From NCBI RefSeq assembly GCF_000023965.1, contig NC_013201.1, forward strand, positions 90,001-122,000: 32,000 nucleotides of DNA, given 5' to 3'. The position numbers and the translations under genes were made by a program. Shown piece after piece: positions 1 to 7,435 of the stretch. A model generated the notes under the pieces. The model did not search any database, was not told the DNA's origin, and was given only the letters and a program-made list of their open reading frames with translations. The first letter of the stretch is position 1, and each line of letters starts with the position of its first letter. Source of the stretch: Halomicrobium mukohataei DSM 12286 (GTDB lineage: Archaea; Halobacteriota; Halobacteria; Halobacteriales; Haloarculaceae).

Positions 1-240
1 TGTACGTCGGCAGCCACGACAAGCGCGTGTACGCGCTGGACGCCGAGACCGGAGCCGAGCGGTGGGTGGCCGAAACGGACGGGATGGTCGACGCTGCGCC
101 CGCGGTGGTCGACGGGACGGTGTACGTCGGCAGCTACGACAAGCACGTGTACGCGCTGGACGCCGCGACCGGGGCCGAGCGGTGGGTCGTCGAGACCGAC
201 GGCAAGACCGGCGCGGTCCCCACCGTCGTCGACGGGACGG
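1..240 (+). repeat. Two tandem 120-nt propeller-blade units with high nucleotide identity
   Basis: Bases 1-60 and 121-180 differ at only 4 positions. Bases 61-120 and 181-240 are more diverged but end in the same gtcgacgggacgg. The 120-nt period equals one 40-aa blade. Confidence 0.75.
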
Positions 241-770
241 TGTACGCCTCCTGTGGAACCGGCGTCCTCGCCGCGCTGGACGCCGACTCCGGCGAGCGCC
301 TGTGGCGCTACCCCACCGGTGGACCGGCGATGTCGACGCCAGCGGTCTCTGACGGCGTCCTCTACGCGGGCACCAACGACGGGCGCGTCGTGGCACTCGA
401 CGCCGACACGGGCACCGAGCGCTGGACGTTCGACGCCGGTGGGAACGGCCGGTCGGCACCGGCGATCTGCGGTGACACCGTGTACGCGGGCAGCATCGAC
501 GGCTACGTTCTCGCGATCGACGCGGACAGCGGCACCGAACGCTGGCGCTACGACACGGCGGGACAGATCAACGGTGCGCCGGTCGCCGCCGACGACACGC
601 TCCTGGTCGGGAGCTGGGACGAGTGTCTGTACGCGCTGGACGCCGCGACCGGCGACGAGCGGTGGCACTACCGGACCGGCAGTCTCATCGACGGATCGCC
701 GGCAGTGGCAGACGGGACGGCGTACGTCGCCACGCACGACGGCGTCGTGTCCGCGCTCGGCGAGGAGTGA
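1..770 (+). CDS. PQQ-like (BamB-type) beta-propeller repeat protein, C-terminal part; 5' end lies outside the window
   Basis: The frame is open from base 3 (YVGSHDKRVYALDAETGAERW...), so the ORF-track start at 27 is not a real start. There are several ~40-aa blades with the recurring motif DGTVYVGSxDxxVYALDAxTGxERW, and the stop is at 768-770. The same blade motif occurs in the C-terminal half of the kinase fusion at 8790..11177. Confidence 0.8.
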   Translation, partial: YVGSHDKRVYALDAETGAERWVAETDGMVDAAPAVVDGTVYVGSYDKHVYALDAATGAERWVVETDGKTGAVPTVVDGTVYASCGTGVLAALDADSGERLWRYPTGGPAMSTPAVSDGVLYAGTNDGRVVALDADTGTERWTFDAGGNGRSAPAICGDTVYAGSIDGYVLAIDADSGTERWRYDTAGQINGAPVAADDTLLVGSWDECLYALDAATGDERWHYRTGSLIDGSPAVADGTAYVATHDGVVSALGEE

Positions 771-826
771 ACCACGGTCGCTGTCGTCGCCAAGCTTGAT
801 GTAGCTCTCTGGCCAACACCTGGCCA

Positions 827-2446
827 ATGACTGATCCTCGGATTCCCGACCGCTCGGCGGTCGCGAGTCCGCCGCGTCGGGACCTCGATTACCGGACGGT
901 CGACGCCGCGAAGTCCCCGCTCGACGCCGGTGGACAGGCGCTCGTCTACGAGGCGGCCGTCCCGGACGACGAGCCGCCGGATCGGATCGCTCTCAAGGAG
1001 CCCGCAGACCCCGGAACGCTGACCGGTGACGTGGTCGAGACGTTCCTGGAAGAGGCCCGTACCTGGGAGCTGGTCGACCGCCGCGAGCGCGAGAAGCACC
1101 GGTGGGCGGACTCCGAGCACGTCGTCGGCGTGATCGACACCGGCGAGCGCCTGCCCTGGATCGCGATGGAGTACATGGACGGCGGCGACCTCGCCGAGCG
1201 CCTCGACGGCACCGACGGGCTGGCACTGGACGAGGCCCTGTGGGTCGGCGAGTGTGTCTGTCGCGGGATCGAACTCGCCCACAACTACGGGGTCGTCCAC
1301 CTCGACGTCAAACCGTCGAACGTGCTGTTTCGAACCACGCCGGGCGACGCCTGGGACGTGCCGAAGATCGCCGACTGGGGGCTCGCGCGCTCGCTCTCGG
1401 AACGCACGCGAACGATGGAGGGGCTCTCGGTCACCTACGCCGCACCCGAACAGTTCGAACCCGACGAGTTCGGCGATCCGGACATGCTGACCGACGTGTA
1501 CCAGGTCGGAGCACTGGTCTACGCGCTGCTCACCGGTCGCCCGCCCTACGTCGGCAACCGGATGAGCGTCATGCACGATGTCGTGTACGGTGATCCGCCA
1601 GCACCGCCGAGCGCGCACCGCGACGACGCGTCTCCGGCACTCGACGCCGTCGTCTCGACCGCCCTCGAAACGAGCAAGCGCGACCGCTACGACGCCGTTC
1701 AGATCTTCAGGCAGGCACTCAGGGCGGCCCGGACGGATCGCGCGCTCCCGCCGATCGTCGCCGACCGCCTCTCGGCAGACGACCGCTCGCCCCGTGTCGA
1801 CGCGGCCGAGAGCGCCTCCACGGACACTGGTTCGACCGACGCTGCCTCCAGCGACGGCGACTCGACAGACGCCGACACCGGCGACCCCGACGAGGACCTG
1901 ACGTTCAGGGAGCGCGTCGAGCAGATCAGGGCGGAGCGATCCGAGGACGACGGGTCTCCGGCAGACGACGACACGACGAACACCTCTGTGGCGGACGAGT
2001 CTGAGGAGCTGACCTTCAGAGAACGCGTCGAGCAGATCAGGGCGGAGCGGTCCGAGGACGGCGAATCTCCGACGGACGACGATTCGGGGGACAGCGCCGA
2101 AGCGGACGAGAGCGAGCTGGAAGACCTGACCTTCAGGGAACGCGTCGAGCAGATCAGGGAGGAACGCTCCGAGGACGGCGAGTCTACTTCGGACGGTAGT
2201 TCGAACGACAGCGCCGAGACAGACGGGGACACGTCCGGGGACGACGCTGGGGGGAGTGGCGCTGCGCGGACCGACGGCTGGTTCGATCCGGCTGCGTTCC
2301 CCGAGGGCAGCGAGCGGGATCTCGCGGCGGCAATCGCCGGGATCGAGTCCGGTACCGCCGAGCTGTCACTCGCCGACGCGATCGCCAGGTGCGACGATCG
2401 ATCCCTCGCGGCGGCGCTGGCCGCGATGGACGCCCCCGATCACTGA
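827..2446 (+). CDS. Hanks-type Ser/Thr protein kinase with long acidic C-terminal tail
   Basis: Kinase motifs are present: glycine loop GGQALVYEA, IALKEP (VAIK-like Lys), WIAMEYMDGG, catalytic loop HLDVKPSNVLF (from 1298), DWGLAR in the DFG position, and YAAPEQ (APE). The C-terminal ~190 aa is Asp/Glu/Ser-rich with three tandem repeats. Confidence 0.85.
   Translation: MTDPRIPDRSAVASPPRRDLDYRTVDAAKSPLDAGGQALVYEAAVPDDEPPDRIALKEPADPGTLTGDVVETFLEEARTWELVDRREREKHRWADSEHVVGVIDTGERLPWIAMEYMDGGDLAERLDGTDGLALDEALWVGECVCRGIELAHNYGVVHLDVKPSNVLFRTTPGDAWDVPKIADWGLARSLSERTRTMEGLSVTYAAPEQFEPDEFGDPDMLTDVYQVGALVYALLTGRPPYVGNRMSVMHDVVYGDPPAPPSAHRDDASPALDAVVSTALETSKRDRYDAVQIFRQALRAARTDRALPPIVADRLSADDRSPRVDAAESASTDTGSTDAASSDGDSTDADTGDPDEDLTFRERVEQIRAERSEDDGSPADDDTTNTSVADESEELTFRERVEQIRAERSEDGESPTDDDSGDSAEADESELEDLTFRERVEQIREERSEDGESTSDGSSNDSAETDGDTSGDDAGGSGAARTDGWFDPAAFPEGSERDLAAAIAGIESGTAELSLADAIARCDDRSLAAALAAMDAPDH
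1895..2235 (+). repeat. Three tandem coding repeats (periods 111 and 117 nt) inside the kinase tail
   Basis: The unit (D/E)LTFRERVEQIR(A/E)ERSEDG followed by an acidic spacer occurs three times. The Leu codons of the unit sit at 1898, 2009 and 2126. The nucleotide core ttcag(g/a)ga(g/a)cgcgtcgagcagatcaggg is nearly identical in all three. Confidence 0.85.
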
Positions 2447-3276
2447 TCTCGCTCGGCGAGAACCGCCTCGATCCGCAGCATTCGGGCCTCGTCTCGCTCG
2501 ACGCTGACGATCAGAGACGTGGCGACCAGTGCGTCGACCACGTATCGGAGGACGTAGTTCTTCGTCTGGGTCTCCTCGGTCTCCCGCATCGATTCGATCG
2601 TTCCCCGATCGGAGAAGCCGCGTACGAACGGCTCGCTGTCGGTCTCGTATCGGGATCGGAGGTCGACGGCCCCGTCGATCGGGTCGATCCCTTTCTCGCT
2701 GGCGTGGAATCTGACGAGGTCGAACAGCGCGTCGGAGGCGGCCTCGACGACGAGTTGCTGGCGGCCCGCGACGCTGTGTGCGAAGTCGGCCACCCGCTGG
2801 CTGAGCGCCATCGCCGTGGCACCGTTGCCCGGCACCCGGCCGTCGTCGTCGAACTGCTCCGCGATGTCTGCGAGCTGGTCGACGATCTCGCCTTCCACCA
2901 CGTCGAGCCCGTCGGTGATCTCCTGGCGCGTCACGCCGTAAGCCCAGAGCTCGGCGCAGTTGTGCAGGAGTCGCTGGGTCAGGACTCTCGTCTCGCGCGT
3001 GTCGAGGAACGCCGCCACCAGGTCGGGATACTCGTCGGAGAGTGCCTCTGGCTGCTGGTCCGCGATCGCCAGTATCGTCCGCTGAACGTCGTCTCTGACC
3101 ATCATCTCGTCGCGGCTGTAGCCCGCAGCTTCCAGGAGCTTTCGCAGCCGCGGCAGGTACGTGGCGACGACCGCCGGGTCGGACCGGGCCCGCGTCTTGA
3201 ACTGGTCGGCCTCCGCCCGTAACTCCGATGTCGACTTGTCGAAACGGCGCTCCATCTCCGAGTCGAGTCCTGCCAT
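2440..3276 (-). CDS. Hypothetical acidic protein (no family recognised)
   Basis: This is a long ORF with halophile-like acidic composition, whereas overlapping ORFs in other frames are Arg/Pro-rich shadows. The ORF opens at 3303, but the ATG at 3276 (MAGLDSEMERR) is the more plausible start. The 3' end overlaps the convergent kinase gene by 7 nt. Confidence 0.55.
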   Translation of the reverse strand: MAGLDSEMERRFDKSTSELRAEADQFKTRARSDPAVVATYLPRLRKLLEAAGYSRDEMMVRDDVQRTILAIADQQPEALSDEYPDLVAAFLDTRETRVLTQRLLHNCAELWAYGVTRQEITDGLDVVEGEIVDQLADIAEQFDDDGRVPGNGATAMALSQRVADFAHSVAGRQQLVVEAASDALFDLVRFHASEKGIDPIDGAVDLRSRYETDSEPFVRGFSDRGTIESMRETEETQTKNYVLRYVVDALVATSLIVSVERDEARMLRIEAVLAERDQ

Positions 3277-3397
3277 GTGGCCACGACGGCACGCCAGCGT
3301 CAAAACTGTTGAGTCTGCCCGCCTCCGCGGGGTCGCGAATATCTCGAAACAGCGATAGCCGACAGTATAAGCGCCAGTGGGTCGAACGGGACACTCG

Positions 3398-3481
3398 ATG
3401 CCCAGTGCAGCGGACCCTCACGACCTACAGCGCTTCGTCGAGGCACAGGAATCGGTCATCGGGACGGTCAAGCGGGAACTT
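3398..3481 (+). pseudogene. DUF1810-family gene, N-terminal fragment (interrupted by IS element)
   Basis: The ATG at 3398 is preceded by a TATA-like gtataa at 3364-3369. The translation MPSAADPHDLQRFVEAQESVIGTVKREL matches the conserved DUF1810 N-terminus as I recall it (DLQRFV(D/E)AQ ... EL). After 3481 the frame runs into unrelated sequence and stops at 3530-3532. Confidence 0.65.
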
Positions 3482-3578
3482 CCTTATTCAGCGAGGGAGT
3501 CCCGCCGTTCACGGCGGGCGGGAATCGCGTAAGCTCTAGTGACTATCCACCGTTCAATTCCCGGCCTACTCCCAATTA

Positions 3579-3588
3579 TTTATATATA
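3579..3588 (+). promoter_or_regulatory. TATA box for tnpB
   Basis: The sequence tttatatata ends 25 nt upstream of the tnpB ATG at 3613, which is the typical haloarchaeal spacing for a short or leaderless 5' end. Confidence 0.5.
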
Positions 3589-3612
3589 GTTAGTCCCACA
3601 TGTGATGTGTAG

Positions 3613-4830
3613 ATGGAGATTCAGCGTACTGCTGTCGTCAAACTTTCCGTCCCCGACCAGCGGCGCGACGACCTGAAACGAACGATGAACACGTTTCGGG
3701 ACGCTGCACAGCGGTTTGCCGACCGGGGATGGGAAAGAGATGACAATGGGTACGTGATAACGTCGCGCTCTCGACTACAACCGCTCGTCTACGACGACAT
3801 ACGGGACGACACCGGCCTTCACTCAGACTTGACCGTGGCCGCCGTCAACCATGCTGCCGACGCGCTTACCGGCTGTGTAGACAAAATGAAAGCTGGCGAA
3901 CGAACCTCAAAACCTGTGTTCACGTCGAACACGACCGTCTACAACACCAGTGCAATCAGTTACTTCGACGGATACTGTTCGCTGGCCGCTTACGGAAGTG
4001 GGCGTGTTCATGCTGCATACGTCTACCCAGACGACTCGCTCCAGGCCGAATACATGGAGAGTAGCGAGTGGACCAAACAAGGCGCGAAACTCCGATACGA
4101 CCATCAGACCGATACCTACTACTTGCACGTTTCCGTCAAACAGGAACGCGAAGATTCGTTGGAAGAGGCCGAGAGCCGAACAGTTCTCGGCGTAGACCGG
4201 AACGTCGACGGGTATCTTGCTGTCACCAGTACAGGAGCATTCATCGGCAACGCTGACCTACTGAACCACAAGCGCCGCGAGTATGAACGTCGTCGCGCCC
4301 GACTACAACAACAGGGGACGCGAAGCGCACACCTCACGATTCAGTCAATCGGTGACACCTTCGCTAACTGGTCCGAGGACTTTCTACACCAAACGTCGAA
4401 ACGACTGGTGAAAGAAGCCATGTCACGGGGCTGTTCGGTAATCGTGTTCGAGGACTTGGAACAGATACGAGAACGTATCTCGAACGCCTCGAAATTCCAG
4501 CAGTGGGCGTTCCGCGAGTTGAAGCGCCAGACGACATACAAAGCCCGTGCCGAAGGAATCGCTGTCGAATCAGTCCATCCGGCCTACACCAGCCAGCGGT
4601 GTAGTCACGCCGACTGTGGCTTCACTCACGAGGACAACCGCGACAGCGACCAGTTCACCTGCCAGAAGTGCGGCAAAGAGCTACACGCCGACTACAACGC
4701 GGCACGCAACGTTGCACACAGATTCATCCAGAATCGGCTCAAGTCTGGTTCTGGAGGGGCGACCCATCACCTCGCCCTGAAGTCGGGGACAATGAACGGG
4801 AACGGCGACTACTCGCCTTCCACAGTATAG
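3613..4830 (+). CDS. tnpB: TnpB (IS1341-type OrfB), RNA-guided endonuclease family, apparently intact
   Basis: The 405-aa product has RuvC-like triad contexts LGVDRNVDGYLAV (D), VIVFEDLEQIR (E) and HADYNAARNVA (D). A zinc finger CSHADC...CQKCG lies between RuvC-II and RuvC-III. The ORF is uninterrupted. Confidence 0.9.
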   Translation: MEIQRTAVVKLSVPDQRRDDLKRTMNTFRDAAQRFADRGWERDDNGYVITSRSRLQPLVYDDIRDDTGLHSDLTVAAVNHAADALTGCVDKMKAGERTSKPVFTSNTTVYNTSAISYFDGYCSLAAYGSGRVHAAYVYPDDSLQAEYMESSEWTKQGAKLRYDHQTDTYYLHVSVKQEREDSLEEAESRTVLGVDRNVDGYLAVTSTGAFIGNADLLNHKRREYERRRARLQQQGTRSAHLTIQSIGDTFANWSEDFLHQTSKRLVKEAMSRGCSVIVFEDLEQIRERISNASKFQQWAFRELKRQTTYKARAEGIAVESVHPAYTSQRCSHADCGFTHEDNRDSDQFTCQKCGKELHADYNAARNVAHRFIQNRLKSGSGGATHHLALKSGTMNGNGDYSPSTV

Positions 4831-4881
4831 TGGACAGACCGGGAGTCCACCGACAAACCTCGCCGTGAACGGCGAGGTAGG
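4700..4881 (+). ncRNA. Predicted TnpB omega-RNA (reRNA) scaffold plus guide
   Basis: This is placed by analogy only. Characterised TnpB guide RNAs derive from the 3' end of tnpB through the right end, with the guide read from the adjacent flank. The hairpin 4830..4850 and the flank GCCGTGAACGGCGAGGTAGG (4862..4881) would be scaffold end and guide. The 5' boundary is a guess. Confidence 0.35.
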
Positions 4882-5215
4882 TGATTGGATGTGGTTCGTG
4901 TTCCCCCAGGTCGCCGGGCTCGGCCGGAGTGAGATGGCGCAGCGATTCGCCATCGCCTCGCGAGCGGAAGCCGACGCCTACCTGCGCCATCCCACTCTCG
5001 GACCGCGATTGCGTGAGTGTACGGCGATCGTCAACGCCCTCGACGGGCGCTCAGCGAACGACATCTTCGGCTCGCCGGACGATCTGAAGTTCCGGTCGTC
5101 CATGACGCTGTTCGAGACGGTCGCCGACGATCCGACGCCGTTCGCCACGGCACTGGAGCGGTACTACGACGGCGACCGCGATCAAAAGACGCTCGATCTG
5201 CTGGACGACAGCTGA
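4862..5215 (+). pseudogene. DUF1810-family gene, C-terminal fragment
   Basis: AVNGEVGDWMWFVFPQVAGLGRSEMAQRFAI...HPTLGPRLRECT...IFGSPDDLKFRSSMTLF...YYDGDRDQKTLDLL carries the family hallmarks as I recall them (WMWF(I/V)FPQ, GLG, LGxRL, D..K..SS.TLF). The ORF-track start at 4865 is only a GTG inside the frame. Confidence 0.7.
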
Positions 5216-5351
5216 ACGCTGCCTGTGGTGGCAATCTCCGCTCGGAACTGCACGCTGCTCCTTCCTTCGAAGGTAGAACCGGGCACCGACCAGAACGGTG
5301 TGACGGCGCTATGTGGACGTTTTATGCGCACACGGTCGCATACCTTCGGCA

Positions 5352-6392
5352 ATGTTCGATTCGGTTGCGAGAGCTGTCGAGACCCTGACGGCCGAGTACG
5401 CGGCCCACTCTGCCGTCGAGCCCGCCTTCGACCTCGCGGAGTTTTTCGAACCCGCGCTCGACGACACCGAGCCACGCGAGACCGTCGGACAGCACCGCAA
5501 ACGACGCTTTCGCTCGACGATCGAACGCGGACAGACGTTGTCCGAGCAGGAGGCCGTCTCACTGCCCACCGAGGCGATCAGCGAACGACTCGTCGACGTG
5601 GCCAACGACCAGTCGATCGAAGCGCGCCGCCGCGCCGCGCTTCTCGACTACTGTGACGCCCTCTTCGCGTTCGGCGCGCTGGCGTTCGAACTCCAGGAGC
5701 GCTATCCCAGTGCGCCGGTCGAGACGGCCGTCGATCGACTCCGCGATGCCGGGGACGCCGCCGTCGCGGACGATCTGAGCGACGGTCTCTCGTCGATCCG
5801 GTCGGCCGCCCAGGAGCTGTACCGCACCGCCGTGGTCGTCCGTCGCGCCGATCAGCTGTTCGCCGCGCTGTCGGCCGTCGGCGAACCACAGCTCGGACGC
5901 GCCGAGGCCACCCTCGGCGGGACACTGGACGAGGCCATCGCCGAGCGCGACACGGACCGCATCGACACCGTCGCCGAGCGGCTGAACGCCGCCACCGACG
6001 GCGAGTGGACCACCGACGATCTGCTGTCCTGTTCACACCGCGAGTTCGAGGTCCTGATCGCGGACCTCTGGCGAGAGGGCGGGTTCGACGCCCGGACCAC
6101 GAAGTACGTCCAGGACTACAACATCGACGTCATCGCCCAGGCCGATGGCACGCGCGAACTGATCCAGGCCAAACAGTACGAGCCGGGCAACACGGTCGGG
6201 GTGCGAACGGTCCAGCGGACCGCCGGACTGCTCGTCGAGTTCGACGCCGACTCCGTCGCCGTCGTCACCAGTTCGAGCTTCACCGAGAACGCCAGAGAGA
6301 GCGTCGAGCGGATGAGCGAACAGGTCCGCCTCGTCGACGGTGAGCGGCTCTGTGAGCTGCTGACCCGCTCCCAGCTCGTCCCGTCGCTGTAG
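5352..6392 (+). CDS. Mrr-cat (restriction endonuclease type IV-like) domain protein with uncharacterised helical N-terminal domain
   Basis: The C-terminal ~120 aa reads FEVLIADLWREGGFDARTT...YNIDVIAQADGTRELIQAKQY...TVGVRTVQRTAGLL...AVVTSSSFTENA, which is the D...(E/Q)xK core pattern of Mrr_cat nucleases. I preferred the ATG at 5352 over 5313 because a TATA-like ttttat at 5321-5326 lies ~26 nt upstream. Confidence 0.7.
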   Translation: MFDSVARAVETLTAEYAAHSAVEPAFDLAEFFEPALDDTEPRETVGQHRKRRFRSTIERGQTLSEQEAVSLPTEAISERLVDVANDQSIEARRRAALLDYCDALFAFGALAFELQERYPSAPVETAVDRLRDAGDAAVADDLSDGLSSIRSAAQELYRTAVVVRRADQLFAALSAVGEPQLGRAEATLGGTLDEAIAERDTDRIDTVAERLNAATDGEWTTDDLLSCSHREFEVLIADLWREGGFDARTTKYVQDYNIDVIAQADGTRELIQAKQYEPGNTVGVRTVQRTAGLLVEFDADSVAVVTSSSFTENARESVERMSEQVRLVDGERLCELLTRSQLVPSL

Positions 6393-6592
6393 GGCAGCTA
6401 CTCGAAGCTCCTCCCTGCTGTCAGCCTCTCCGGGTTCGAGGGCGACGCCGTTTCAGCGGTGCTGGAGACCCGTTGCTCCAGGGATATCCTCACCGGGAAC
6501 CAGTTTCTATTAATAGATCAGTCGGGCTCGTGAACGAGAGTTACCCGCTGAAACCAGTAATTGAATACGTCCATCGGTAGTAGTCGGGTGTG

Positions 6593-7147
6593 ATGACTGA
6601 GGGATCAGACCCGATCAACTATCTCTCTACAGACGATATCCTTGCCATCCACGAACTGATCGTCGAGTCGAACGAGGACACGGAGAGTGGTGTCTCTTCG
6701 CCCGGCGATGTCGAGTACGCTACCGAAGATATTCGCGAGGGCCACTTCGGTCGCGTTCCCGAATCAGTCGACGAGAAGGCGTTCCAGTTGCTCCGATTGA
6801 TAGTCGCCAATCATCCGTTCGTCGACGGAAACAAGCGAACAGCACTCATGTCGACCCGTATCTTCTATGCGTTGAACGGACTGGAATTCGCGTACGATCG
6901 GCGCATCAAAGACATTCTGAAACGGGTAGCGACAGACGAAACGAGTGTCGAGAAAGAGGTGGTTCTGTCGTATCTCGACGACCACACTGAGCCACTTGAG
7001 CCAGAGTACAGAACCACGATCGAACTGTGGCTGTCACGAATTGCCGACGCTGACAGGATTCCAGAAAATATCGTCTCCGATCCGCCTGAGGGTGAGAACC
7101 ACAGTAAACCGAACGATTATGACGCCGAATCGCGTAGTGAAGAATAA
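6593..7147 (+). CDS. doc: Doc (death-on-curing) / Fic-family toxin with ~60-aa acidic C-terminal extension
   Basis: The Doc-type active-site motif HPFVDGNKRTAL is encoded at 6812..6847. The N-terminus LSTDDILAIHELIV is typical of Doc. I preferred the ATG at 6593 to the GTG at 6590. GC content is visibly lower than in neighbouring genes. Confidence 0.8.
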   Translation: MTEGSDPINYLSTDDILAIHELIVESNEDTESGVSSPGDVEYATEDIREGHFGRVPESVDEKAFQLLRLIVANHPFVDGNKRTALMSTRIFYALNGLEFAYDRRIKDILKRVATDETSVEKEVVLSYLDDHTEPLEPEYRTTIELWLSRIADADRIPENIVSDPPEGENHSKPNDYDAESRSEE

Positions 7148-7149
7148 GG

Positions 7150-7287
7150 ATGGGTACGGAACGTGACCACCCCGAGGTGCCAGAGAACATGTCGGCCGAA
7201 GAGGCCAGACGGTATCTGATTCGGTTTCTCGGGAAACAGGATCTCGACGAACACGAAGATATCTACGACGAACTCGCGTACGAGTGA
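7150..7287 (+). CDS. 45-codon acidic ORF immediately downstream of doc (candidate antitoxin or partner; speculative)
   Basis: The ATG at 7150 lies 3 nt after the doc stop. The translation is MGTERDHPEVPENMSAEEARRYLIRFLGKQDLDEHEDIYDELAYE, with the stop at 7285-7287. The ORF is below the size cut-off of the ORF track and I recognised no family. Confidence 0.3.
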   Translation: MGTERDHPEVPENMSAEEARRYLIRFLGKQDLDEHEDIYDELAYE

Positions 7288-7435
7288 GCGCTCCGAGGTT
7301 TGATAGACGAATTTTTCAGCAGTGACGGGGTACCGGCTACTGGTGGTAGTGACGAGCAGTTACCCCCACCCAGACCCACTCGTGTGACGGTAGGCACCTT
7401 TATTAGCGTCATGTAGCAACCAATCCGTAACTGCG

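Larger units (their letters stand above)
3482..4861 (+). mobile_element. IS200/IS605-family, IS1341-group element carrying tnpB only (no tnpA)
   Basis: The element carries a single tnpB ORF. A subterminal hairpin sits at 3501..3518 (CCCGCCG-TTCA-CGGCGGG), about 19 nt inside the left junction. A second hairpin sits at 4830..4850 (GTGGAC-9nt-GTCCAC), about 10 nt before the right junction. There are no terminal inverted repeats and no target duplication. GC content is visibly lower than in the flanks. Boundaries are inferred from in-frame restoration of the host gene, and the right end could instead lie near 4877-4887. Confidence 0.7.

Noticed and set aside
6450-6554. 10-bp inverted repeat GTTTCAGCGG / CCGCTGAAAC flanking an AT-rich stretch upstream of doc (possible MITE or antitoxin locus)
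   Set aside because: The arms are too short to distinguish from chance, no ORF of credible size lies between them, and no target duplication is seen.
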